Source: an uncultured Planctomycetales bacterium (GTDB lineage: Bacteria > Omnitrophota > Gorgyraeia > Zapsychrales > Zapsychraceae). Taken from it: a DNA stretch of 64,000 bases. Position 1 is the first letter of the stretch; each line of letters starts with the position of its first letter. Below, in pieces: positions 10,776 through 19,549 of the stretch. The stretch is taken from contig CAZHWM010000012.1 of assembly GCA_964535935.1 (NCBI GenBank), forward strand, positions 1,232 to 65,231. The letters are read 5' to 3'. The position numbers and the translations under genes were made by a program. The notes under the pieces are model-generated. The model made no database searches and had not been told where the DNA came from. It worked only from the letters and a program-made list of their open reading frames with translations.

Positions 10776-11756
10776 ATGTTCTCCTTATTATTTTATCTTA
10801 AATTAGCTATATTCCTTGTATTTTCTACTATAATCGCAGGTATTTTATTATTTATATTGTGGTATATAACTACATACTATAAACAAACAGGAGAACGGCG
10901 TATGCATAAATTAACCATTGTATTGAGATGGTTAGTTTTAATGCCGTTTATATCACCTCCTTTTTTATGGTATTATGCTTTTCATATTGAGCCTAATTGG
11001 ATTCAAGTAACAAGAATTGAGATTCTATCTCCTTTATTTAATGAACGACTCGAAAAAATAAAAATGGTCCAGATATCTGATTTGCATATTCATAAGCAAG
11101 GAGTAAGAGAAGAAAGGCTCATTAATATTATAAATAAAATTCAACCTGACGTGATATTTATAACAGGAGACATAATAGGTGATAAAAATAGCTGGCCGGT
11201 TTGTTTAAGAGTATTAAGTCAACTAAAGGCAAACAAAGGGATATTTGCTATACTTGGAGATACAGAAGACTATTTAATAAAATACAATAAAGCTGTGTCT
11301 GATTTAAGGAAGATAGGCATAACCGTTTTAAATCATGACAATCTACGGGTAAAGTTTAACAATGGTGCAGTTTTGTGGATTGCGGGTATATCTGAGAGAT
11401 ATGCAGCTTTAGCGCGTTATGGGAAACCTGAGTATATTGATGATACATTTAAAGGGATCCCAGATAATGTCCCTGTTTTATTATTGATACATAAACCAGA
11501 ACTTGCAGAACATAAAAAGATAGCAAAATATGCACCTTCTCTTATTTTAGCAGGAGATACACACGGTGGACAATTTGGTATCCCTTTTATACGGAAGATG
11601 TCAGATTATGCCAATCATTCAAAATACATGGGAGGTCTGTTTTTAGTAAACGGCATACCGTTATATGTAAACCGTGGTATAGGAACTATACGGATTAATA
11701 TGCGTTTTTTATGTAGACCAGAAATAACTAAAATAATACTTAAAAAAAGAGAGTGA
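10776..11756 (+). CDS. Membrane-anchored metallophosphoesterase (YkuE/calcineurin-like)
   Basis: Two to three N-terminal TM helices, then QISDLHI, ITGDIIGD and AGDTHGGQ metal-binding motifs. Confidence 0.7.
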   Translation: MFSLLFYLKLAIFLVFSTIIAGILLFILWYITTYYKQTGERRMHKLTIVLRWLVLMPFISPPFLWYYAFHIEPNWIQVTRIEILSPLFNERLEKIKMVQISDLHIHKQGVREERLINIINKIQPDVIFITGDIIGDKNSWPVCLRVLSQLKANKGIFAILGDTEDYLIKYNKAVSDLRKIGITVLNHDNLRVKFNNGAVLWIAGISERYAALARYGKPEYIDDTFKGIPDNVPVLLLIHKPELAEHKKIAKYAPSLILAGDTHGGQFGIPFIRKMSDYANHSKYMGGLFLVNGIPLYVNRGIGTIRINMRFLCRPEITKIILKKRE

Positions 11757-11759
11757 TAT

Positions 11760-12962
11760 ATGAAGATACTTTTTATAGCGCCGCGACTGCCAGTGCCTGT
11801 TGATACTGGGGCAAAAATACGTACATTTAATATACTTAAACAACTTGTAAAGTTCGCAGAGGTTGATTTGGTATGTTTTTCCTTCAATCAGAACGATAAC
11901 AGATATGTAAAATCTTTAACAGATATAAACGTATCGTGTCATATGGTTCCATCAAAGGATATCTCATTTATTAAGAAGGTCTGGATTACAGCCTTTTATA
12001 ATATACCTTTTTCTGTATGGAAATATTATTCATACTCTATGCAAGAAAAGATAAAAGAATTGGTAGCTAAAAACAGATATGATGCTGTTCATATAGATCA
12101 TATCCATATGGCGCATTATGGCAAACATTTGAATGTAGATACTCTATGTATAGATGAACATAATGTAGAATATAAAATACTAGAACGATGTGCTCGGGTA
12201 GAAGATAATATAATCAAAAGACAAATTTTTTCTTCTCAGGCTAAAAAAATGATGAAATTTGAAAGTCAGAGATTGTTAGAATTTTCTGCAGCGTTTACTG
12301 TGTCTTCAGATGATGCTGAGTTAATACGTAAGATTACTTTACCCTCCTATAAGGTATATGTAGTCCCTAATGGTGTTGATACAACCTTTTTTAATCCAAC
12401 AGATATTGGCTTTAAGAATATTGAAAAGGAGCCATATTCTCTTATATTTACAGGTTCAATGGATTGGTTGCCAAATGAAGATGCTGTTATCTACTTTTGT
12501 AAAGAAATTTTACCTATACTATGGAGAGAGGAGCCCAAAATAAAGTTTTATGTGGTAGGTAAAAATCCATCTGAGAGTTTACGTGTTCAGGCAGGAAAAG
12601 ATGACAGAATTATATTTACTGGAAGGGTAGATGATATCAGAGATTATGTCCTACGCTCGCCGATCTTTGTAGTGCCTCTTAGAATAGGTGGAGGGACAAG
12701 ACTAAAAATATTAGAGGCAATGGCAATGGAGAGGGCAGTTGTTTCCACAACTATTGGAGCAGAGGGTATCAGCTATACTGATGGAGAAAATATAATAATA
12801 GCTGATAGTCCAGAACAATTTAGTAAGAAGATTTTAAATCTTATAGAATCCCCTGATAAAATTACTCGTATAGGAAAGGCAGCTCGTAGTTTTGTTTGTA
12901 ATAATTATGACTGGACTATTATAGGTAAGAGATTAAAACAGATTTATATTGGGCCTTGTTGA
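11760..12962 (+). CDS. GT4 glycosyltransferase
   Basis: VVPLRIGGGTRLKILEAMAMERAVVSTTIGAEG; resembles the sugar transferases found in EPS/PEP-CTERM loci. Confidence 0.8.
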   Translation: MKILFIAPRLPVPVDTGAKIRTFNILKQLVKFAEVDLVCFSFNQNDNRYVKSLTDINVSCHMVPSKDISFIKKVWITAFYNIPFSVWKYYSYSMQEKIKELVAKNRYDAVHIDHIHMAHYGKHLNVDTLCIDEHNVEYKILERCARVEDNIIKRQIFSSQAKKMMKFESQRLLEFSAAFTVSSDDAELIRKITLPSYKVYVVPNGVDTTFFNPTDIGFKNIEKEPYSLIFTGSMDWLPNEDAVIYFCKEILPILWREEPKIKFYVVGKNPSESLRVQAGKDDRIIFTGRVDDIRDYVLRSPIFVVPLRIGGGTRLKILEAMAMERAVVSTTIGAEGISYTDGENIIIADSPEQFSKKILNLIESPDKITRIGKAARSFVCNNYDWTIIGKRLKQIYIGPC

Positions 12963-13016
12963 TATTATATTATTTTTGTAAAGGATAATCTTCTACTTAA
13001 ATGGAGAGTTATATAT

Positions 13017-15140
13017 ATGAAAAAATCCGAACGCATTGTATTATTATGGGGGATAATTACAGGAATAATACTTTCGTATTTAACAGTTGTTATTGGGATT
13101 ATAGTCTATAAAAACAACAAAGATAATCACATAAATAGAAAAGAAATAAAAGAAAGGCCTGTCAAATTTATTTCTCATCAACTATTGAATCTAAACAATA
13201 TTACAACACTACGGACAATAAAGACAGAAGATAATGCTAAACTATCTTTTTCTGAGAGATATAGCCCAACAGAACTGTATTCATTGAAGGTAACTTTTCC
13301 TGAAAGTAATCGGAATCCTGGTTTTTATTTCCAGCGTTTTAAGGACGATATACTTGATTGGTCTGATGAGCGTATATTTGCATTTGATGTGGCAAATCCT
13401 GCAAGGAATGGTGTTAATTTATCCATTGAAATAAAAAGTGGTAAAAACCACAAAGTAAAGACATTTAGCAGGTCATTTCTCATTCCATCCAAAGGGTTAT
13501 ATAGGCTAATAATTCCTGTTTCCTTGATAGCAGAAAAAATAGATATAGATTCGGTATCATATTTTAAATTCTTTATAATTAGTCCATCAAAGGATGTCTG
13601 TCTTTATTTCTCAAATTTTGTTTCATACAAAACAAAGGATAACAGGACTTATATTATAGACCTTAAACCTACAGTATATAAAATAAGAGGGCTGGAATCT
13701 ATCAGCAGTACATTATCTAAAAAACCTAAGAAACAAATTATTGTTGATGTTTATCCATTAAAGGAAATACAAAAAATAAGCAAATATATATATGGCAGTA
13801 ATCTTGCGGCTAAAACAGAATTTGAAATGGACGTTGCGAAATTCGGGAGAGATATAGGTATTAGTCTATTTCGTTTTCCAGGAGGAGGTGCTGAGGGATA
13901 TAGATGGAAGACAGGCACCTTTGATTTTTCAAATCGATTTGATAAAGCGCCTCTTTCTAAAATAGATAATGTTATAAAATTTTGTAATATAGTAGGAGCA
14001 GATCTTCTTATTCAGGTTAACATTGAATCTGCCACAGCAAAAGAGGCCGCAGAATGGGTAGACTATATGAATCATAAAAAAGGCTTCTATGTGAAGTATT
14101 GGGAAATTGGCAACGAACCTTATGGCGATTGGGAAAAAGATTATATGAGTGCTAGTGAGTATGCAGCCTTGCTAAGGCAATTTAGTCTGGCAATGAAAAA
14201 GGTTGACCCTTCAATAAAGATAGGCGGATGTATAGGCGGACCAAGCTATGAATCATTTGATAAGGAGGTTATTAAAAAGGCTGGCGATTATATCGATTTT
14301 GTTTCATATCATTGGTATCCCAACCATGTCAATAAACGCCATCCTTATAAAGGAAGCATACATCCTTCAGCAGGAGACATAATGGCAAATTCCCTTGCGG
14401 TTGGAAAGATTATTCAAAGAGTAAATGATATGGTAAAAAAATATGCTCCTCAAAGAGAGGGGAAAATAAAGGTTGCTTTTCTTGAATGGGATGGTTCATG
14501 GGATGCTGTATCATCAGATCTTGATTATAAATATAAAGGTATGTCGTGGTCGTTAGCAAATGCTATTTTCTATGCAGATACATTGGCTCAATTTGCTGTT
14601 CATGGAGTTGAGGTTGCATGTAACTTTAATTTTCAGGAAGTAATGTTTGGATATATTCGCGGATGGGACAAAGATGCAGGCTGGGGAGGAAGCCGTTGGG
14701 ATGGTAAAACTATACGGCCAAAGGCATTGGCTATGAAACTATTTGCACGTTATTTTGGAGATATTTTAATTGCATCAAAGTTTAGAACTCAGCCGCCGAG
14801 TTACAGAAAAGAAAGTGATTGGCGCCCTGATTCCTATACAGGGGATGTCCCTTACGTTAGTGTATATGCAAGCAAATTTTCAAATGAAAAGAAACTATCT
14901 ATTATCTTGATAAATAGACATCCCTATGATAGTTTTAACATAAAAATAAATTTGCATGATATAATTCCAGAAGAACAAGGTCATGTATGGATACTTACAG
15001 GGCCGAATTTAAAGGCACAGAATGATGGTTCCCCGGGAAACGTAGCAATAACTACATTTAAAGCTCAAGGGATAACAAAAGAATTTTTATATAAAATCCC
15101 GCCTCATTCAGTAAGTTTAATGCATATAAACTATAAATAA
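13017..15140 (+). CDS. Membrane-anchored clan GH-A (TIM-barrel) glycoside hydrolase with an N-terminal module of unknown function
   Basis: N-terminal TM helix (IVLLWGIITGIILSYLTVVIGIIVY). FRFPGGGAEGYRWKTG and the acid/base motif YWEIGNEPYG; candidate nucleophile in KVAFLEWDG. Functionally analogous to PslG-type EPS hydrolases. Confidence 0.6.
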   Translation: MKKSERIVLLWGIITGIILSYLTVVIGIIVYKNNKDNHINRKEIKERPVKFISHQLLNLNNITTLRTIKTEDNAKLSFSERYSPTELYSLKVTFPESNRNPGFYFQRFKDDILDWSDERIFAFDVANPARNGVNLSIEIKSGKNHKVKTFSRSFLIPSKGLYRLIIPVSLIAEKIDIDSVSYFKFFIISPSKDVCLYFSNFVSYKTKDNRTYIIDLKPTVYKIRGLESISSTLSKKPKKQIIVDVYPLKEIQKISKYIYGSNLAAKTEFEMDVAKFGRDIGISLFRFPGGGAEGYRWKTGTFDFSNRFDKAPLSKIDNVIKFCNIVGADLLIQVNIESATAKEAAEWVDYMNHKKGFYVKYWEIGNEPYGDWEKDYMSASEYAALLRQFSLAMKKVDPSIKIGGCIGGPSYESFDKEVIKKAGDYIDFVSYHWYPNHVNKRHPYKGSIHPSAGDIMANSLAVGKIIQRVNDMVKKYAPQREGKIKVAFLEWDGSWDAVSSDLDYKYKGMSWSLANAIFYADTLAQFAVHGVEVACNFNFQEVMFGYIRGWDKDAGWGGSRWDGKTIRPKALAMKLFARYFGDILIASKFRTQPPSYRKESDWRPDSYTGDVPYVSVYASKFSNEKKLSIILINRHPYDSFNIKINLHDIIPEEQGHVWILTGPNLKAQNDGSPGNVAITTFKAQGITKEFLYKIPPHSVSLMHINYK

Positions 15141-15214
15141 ACTGCTATAAATATACAATGTATATAATTTTTTAGGATAACTGAATTTACCATAGCGTTG
15201 CTGGATAAAACTAT

Positions 15215-15379
15215 ATGAAAAAAATAAGATTTTTTGTTATAGGAATAGTAATAGGGATGTTAATTACCTTTGTATTAGCGATTACTGCCGTTGAGGCATA
15301 TAAATTTTTAAGCAAGCCAAAGACTATAGCAATATTAAAAGATATCGGCAGACATGTTATAAAAAAGATAAATATGTAG
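15215..15379 (+). CDS. Small single-TM protein (54 aa), below the ORF-track size cutoff
   Basis: ATG 15215 to TAG 15377-15379. Translation: MKKIRFFVIGIVIGMLITFVLAITAVEAYKFLSKPKTIAILKDIGRHVIKKINM. It lies between the GH and deacetylase genes. Confidence 0.35.
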   Translation: MKKIRFFVIGIVIGMLITFVLAITAVEAYKFLSKPKTIAILKDIGRHVIKKINM

Positions 15380-15414
15380 GTTTAATAAAAAACCGATAAA
15401 AGAGGGTTTATCAT

Positions 15415-16188
15415 ATGTTGAATCATAAAAATATTGTTGTTTTGATGTATCATGGAGTTATTTCATCTGTTGAGGATATTCCCCCGCAGAGGGATATAGG
15501 TGCGAATATTTATGATGTCACAACAGAAAATTTTCGTTCTCAAATGGAATGGCTTAAGAAAAATGATTACCGTCCTAGTCTTATTGGCGATTTTAATCTT
15601 ACAGAGAAAAATCAACGAAATATTATATTGACATTTGATGACGGGGAGATGAATAATTTTATAAAAGCGCTTCCTATATTAAAAAATTTAGCATTTCCTG
15701 CATATTTTTTTATTATTGTAAAAAGGGTTGGTAAGCCAGGATATATGGGATGGGAACAAATAAAAGAACTCCATCATCAGGGTATGGCAATTGGTTCGCA
15801 TGGATTAAGTCATGAGATACTTACAGATTTAAAGGATACACAAATAGAAGAAGAACTAACAGCCTCTAAAAGGACATTAGAAAATAATTTAGGATTTCCA
15901 ATAGAAGCATTATCAATTCCAAGAGGGTTCTGCAATAAAAAGATTATTGATATGGCACATTATGCAGGATATAAATATATATTTGTCTCTTACCAATACA
16001 CATATCTTAATGAGAATTGTTTTAACCGTATAGCAGTTAAGTCTCGATGGGATATAAAGAGATTTGATATGGCTATAAAAGGATACATCCCTGTGCAGGA
16101 ACGAGTATCATCTTTCGTTATATTAACTGCAAAAACTATTCTTAGAGATAAAGGTTATAACTGGGTAAGACAATTTTTGTTACAATAA
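15415..16188 (+). CDS. Polysaccharide deacetylase (NodB/CE4 family)
   Basis: ILTFDDGEMNNF (TFDDG motif) and GSHGLSHE. Confidence 0.8.
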   Translation: MLNHKNIVVLMYHGVISSVEDIPPQRDIGANIYDVTTENFRSQMEWLKKNDYRPSLIGDFNLTEKNQRNIILTFDDGEMNNFIKALPILKNLAFPAYFFIIVKRVGKPGYMGWEQIKELHHQGMAIGSHGLSHEILTDLKDTQIEEELTASKRTLENNLGFPIEALSIPRGFCNKKIIDMAHYAGYKYIFVSYQYTYLNENCFNRIAVKSRWDIKRFDMAIKGYIPVQERVSSFVILTAKTILRDKGYNWVRQFLLQ

Positions 16189-16223
16189 CAAAATTTTCCA
16201 CCTTTTCTTTTTATAAAGGAATA

Positions 16224-17426
16224 ATGATGTTTTTAATGTTTATAAAAAGATATGTTAATGGAAAACATACTTCTATTTATAAGAGCAAATTTTGGATAAC
16301 TTCTGTGCAAGTTATCTTGTTGTTGGTTTATATAGTTTATCATTTTGCAACACCAGTTTTAGCTTATTATGATGATGGGGAAATAAAATTTCATGTATAT
16401 ACAAAGATGAAAGAGAGATTTGATGATAATATCACCTTTAGTAAGAATGATAAGAAGGTAGATGTAATAATTACTTCTTCTTTGGGCATAGATATAAACT
16501 ATGAGAGCAAAAAACAGTCTTTTACAGTCAACAGTATAATCAATCAAAATGTTTTTTTAAATAACACTACGCTTACCAACACATCACAACAGGCAGAATT
16601 AAGTTATTTGTGTTATCTCTCTAGGTACTCTACTCTAATACTACGAGACATTTATACTCATGCACACTCACCTCTTACATTAGAAGCTGATTTTGGTAAA
16701 GATATAGGAAGATATAGTTATCAGCAAAACAGTTTTTATTTTAATTATATAAAAGATGTGAATAAGCATCTTTCTCTAGATGGGATGTATGAAAATAATT
16801 ATTATTATACAGGTAAACATGGTAGTAATAATTCACTAACACATAATATTGGCTTAGGTCTTGATTATATGATAAATTCTGCTACAACACTAAAGTTACG
16901 ATATATGTTTGAGGTAGCTGACTTCTCTATTGATGGGACGTCTTTAACTTATACTATCACTGCTGGATTGAGGCGATTTATTACCAAACAAGTATATATA
17001 GATATGGCCATTGGAGGTTCTACAGTGAAGCCTGTGTATGGTAAGACAACCACGAATGCTAATATGAGTGTGGCTGTTACTGATGAGATAAGCAAAACAG
17101 AGACTGTGAGTTTGATATATAATAAAACTACATTGCCAAGCGTTTTTAGTCCTGATATATTCGATTCATGGAAGGTTACTATTAAAATCAATAAGAATCT
17201 TACAGATAAAGCAGGTATTAATGTGGCAGTGTTTTATGGTGGAGGAGTGTTTACAAAAGATGCAACCAAAGATCATCAAATAGGAAGTAATATTAAAATA
17301 AATTATGCTTTAACAAGGAATATAACAGGTTTTATTGGTTATACATATAAAGCTATATGTTCTAACAATGATAGTAGAGAATATATAAGGAATTTTGTGG
17401 AATTAGGTGTAAAGTTGGTATTTTAG
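16224..17426 (+). CDS. Outer-membrane beta-barrel protein, candidate polysaccharide porin
   Basis: Alternating amphipathic strands rich in Y, G, T and N. The terminal sequence is VELGVKLVF, the aromatic C-terminus typical of BAM substrates. It sits next to the priming transferase and OPX genes. Confidence 0.55.
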   Translation: MMFLMFIKRYVNGKHTSIYKSKFWITSVQVILLLVYIVYHFATPVLAYYDDGEIKFHVYTKMKERFDDNITFSKNDKKVDVIITSSLGIDINYESKKQSFTVNSIINQNVFLNNTTLTNTSQQAELSYLCYLSRYSTLILRDIYTHAHSPLTLEADFGKDIGRYSYQQNSFYFNYIKDVNKHLSLDGMYENNYYYTGKHGSNNSLTHNIGLGLDYMINSATTLKLRYMFEVADFSIDGTSLTYTITAGLRRFITKQVYIDMAIGGSTVKPVYGKTTTNANMSVAVTDEISKTETVSLIYNKTTLPSVFSPDIFDSWKVTIKINKNLTDKAGINVAVFYGGGVFTKDATKDHQIGSNIKINYALTRNITGFIGYTYKAICSNNDSREYIRNFVELGVKLVF

Positions 17427-17472
17427 AGTGTAGGTTATTTTATATTCTTTTTATTGAAAAGAGGGGAGATAG

Positions 17473-18885
17473 ATGCTGAAACAGCATGCAACATTATTTA
17501 GAAGGATGGTTTTTATATTCGATTTATGTATAATACTAGTTTCATTTTTTATCGCATATTATCTGCGAAATAGTATAGAAAATAAAATAGAGCCTATAGC
17601 GTATTATATATGGCTACTGCCAATTTTGTTATCTTTATGGAGCATCTTCCTTTATTTTTCAGGTATGTATAATTCTTTTAGGTTTAAGACAATTCCACAG
17701 GTTTTACTAATAATATATCAATCTGCATATTTGAGTTTTTTGTTTTTTACTGGTATTGTATATTTACTAAAATTGCCTCATATAAGTAGACTTTTTATAT
17801 TTTTAATTTTTTTTATTACATCCTTGATACTTACAATTGAGAAGATACTTTTAATTAGTATATTTCGTAGATTACGTAAAAAAGGTTTTAATTATAGGAA
17901 TATTCTTATAGTTGGGACCGGTAAGACGGCTAGGGGGTTTGTGAAATGGATAAAAGATAATCGTGAGTTTGGGTTGAATATAATAGGATTAGTGGATGCG
18001 GAAAAGGAAAGGGTAGGCCAGAATATAGAAGGATACCCTGTTATAGGGACCCTTAAAGATATTCCTGAGATATGTAGAAATAACACCCTTGATCAGGTAT
18101 TGTTTGTGGTTCCATATTCATGGTTTGGACAATTAGAAGAACCTATGAATTATCTTAAGACAGTTGGTATTAAGATGAATATAGCCATGCACTATTTCAG
18201 CCATCGCCTTGGCAGATTGATTCAAACAGAATTTCTTGGTGTTCCGATGCTTACTTTTGATAGCACACCGGAAAGAAGGTTGTTTGCTTTTATGATAAAA
18301 CGTGTGATGGATATAATAATATCAGCTGTAGCATTAATTTTATTATCTCCGATCTTTTTAATTACGGCTATTCTTATAAAAATAACCTCTAAAGGGCCTG
18401 TATTATTTATACAGGAACGTGGGAGTTTAAATGGAAGGAGATTTAAACTTTATAAGTTTAGGACGATGAAGGTTGATGCAGAAAGAGAGCTTGAACAGCT
18501 TAAGGCAAAGAATGAAATGAGGGGCCCTGCGTTTAAGATGGAAAATGACCCAAGGATAACAAAGATAGGTAAGATATTAAGAAAGTTTAGTATAGACGAA
18601 TTGCCTCAATTATGGAATGTTTTAAAAGGGGATATGAGCATAGTGGGGCCACGGCCGCCTCTTTTAAGTGAGGTCCAACAATATAAAGATTGGCAAAGAC
18701 GACGGCTTAGTATGCGGCCCGGTCTTACATGTTTGTGGCAGGTAAGCGGGAGGAATAAAATAACCGATTTTGACGAATGGGCAAGGCTTGACTTAGAATA
18801 TATAGACAATTGGTCATTGTGGCTTGATATAAAGATTATGCTTAAGACTATACCAGTAGTACTTTTTGGAATAGGAGCAAAATAA
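17473..18885 (+). CDS. Polyprenyl-phosphate glycosylphosphotransferase (WbaP/EpsB-type priming enzyme)
   Basis: Five N-terminal TM helices plus a Rossmann-like linker. C-terminal sugar-transferase core: FKLYKFRTM, DELPQLWNVLKGDMSIVGPRP, PGLTCLWQVSGRN. Confidence 0.9.
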   Translation: MLKQHATLFRRMVFIFDLCIILVSFFIAYYLRNSIENKIEPIAYYIWLLPILLSLWSIFLYFSGMYNSFRFKTIPQVLLIIYQSAYLSFLFFTGIVYLLKLPHISRLFIFLIFFITSLILTIEKILLISIFRRLRKKGFNYRNILIVGTGKTARGFVKWIKDNREFGLNIIGLVDAEKERVGQNIEGYPVIGTLKDIPEICRNNTLDQVLFVVPYSWFGQLEEPMNYLKTVGIKMNIAMHYFSHRLGRLIQTEFLGVPMLTFDSTPERRLFAFMIKRVMDIIISAVALILLSPIFLITAILIKITSKGPVLFIQERGSLNGRRFKLYKFRTMKVDAERELEQLKAKNEMRGPAFKMENDPRITKIGKILRKFSIDELPQLWNVLKGDMSIVGPRPPLLSEVQQYKDWQRRRLSMRPGLTCLWQVSGRNKITDFDEWARLDLEYIDNWSLWLDIKIMLKTIPVVLFGIGAK

Positions 18886-18899
18886 ACATTATATAAATA

Positions 18900-19517
18900 A
18901 TGGGAGGAGAGATGGGAAGAGTAATTATTTCGGTGTTAATATTTTTGTTAATGCAGTTTTCAATACAATCCATTAATGGATATACTGTAGAAAATAAAGA
19001 TAGAGCACAACATCAAGAAGAATATACTGTGGGAGTAGATGATATTCTTGAAATAAGCGTGCTTCAGCCAGATAGTTTCAGTAGGGTAGTAAATGTCGCA
19101 CCTGATGGCAATATTACATTTCCATATATAGGAAATATTAAGGTAGCAGGTCTTACTATAATAGAGATAGAGAAAAAGATACAACAGGCACTTGCAGATG
19201 GGTATTTAAAAAATCCTGTAGTCTCAGTCTCTCTTAAGGAGTCTAGAAGCAGAAAGTTTTTTGTTTATGGAGAGGTTGTGAAACCCGGTCCATATCCACT
19301 TGATGAAAACACTACAGTTTTACGTGCAATATCTATGGCAGGTGGGTTTACACGGTTTGGTTCCTCATCTAGAGTGAAGGTGTTGAGGCCTAGAAAAGAT
19401 AACCGTGGATATAAGGCTATTAAGATAGATATAAAAAAGGTAATGGATGGAAATTCTGCAGAAGACATTTTATTAAAACCCGGAGATATGGTGGTTGTTT
19501 CTGAGGGGATATTTTAA
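18900..19517 (+). CDS. Short OPX (Wza-family) polysaccharide export protein
   Basis: Poly_export-like YTVGVDDILEISV..PDGNITFPYIGNIKVAGLT followed by one SLBB-like unit. At 205 aa it ends without the C-terminal amphipathic helix of E. coli Wza. Confidence 0.85.
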   Translation: MGGEMGRVIISVLIFLLMQFSIQSINGYTVENKDRAQHQEEYTVGVDDILEISVLQPDSFSRVVNVAPDGNITFPYIGNIKVAGLTIIEIEKKIQQALADGYLKNPVVSVSLKESRSRKFFVYGEVVKPGPYPLDENTTVLRAISMAGGFTRFGSSSRVKVLRPRKDNRGYKAIKIDIKKVMDGNSAEDILLKPGDMVVVSEGIF

Positions 19518-19549
19518 ACTTGATATTTAAATACGGAGATAAAAAAAAT

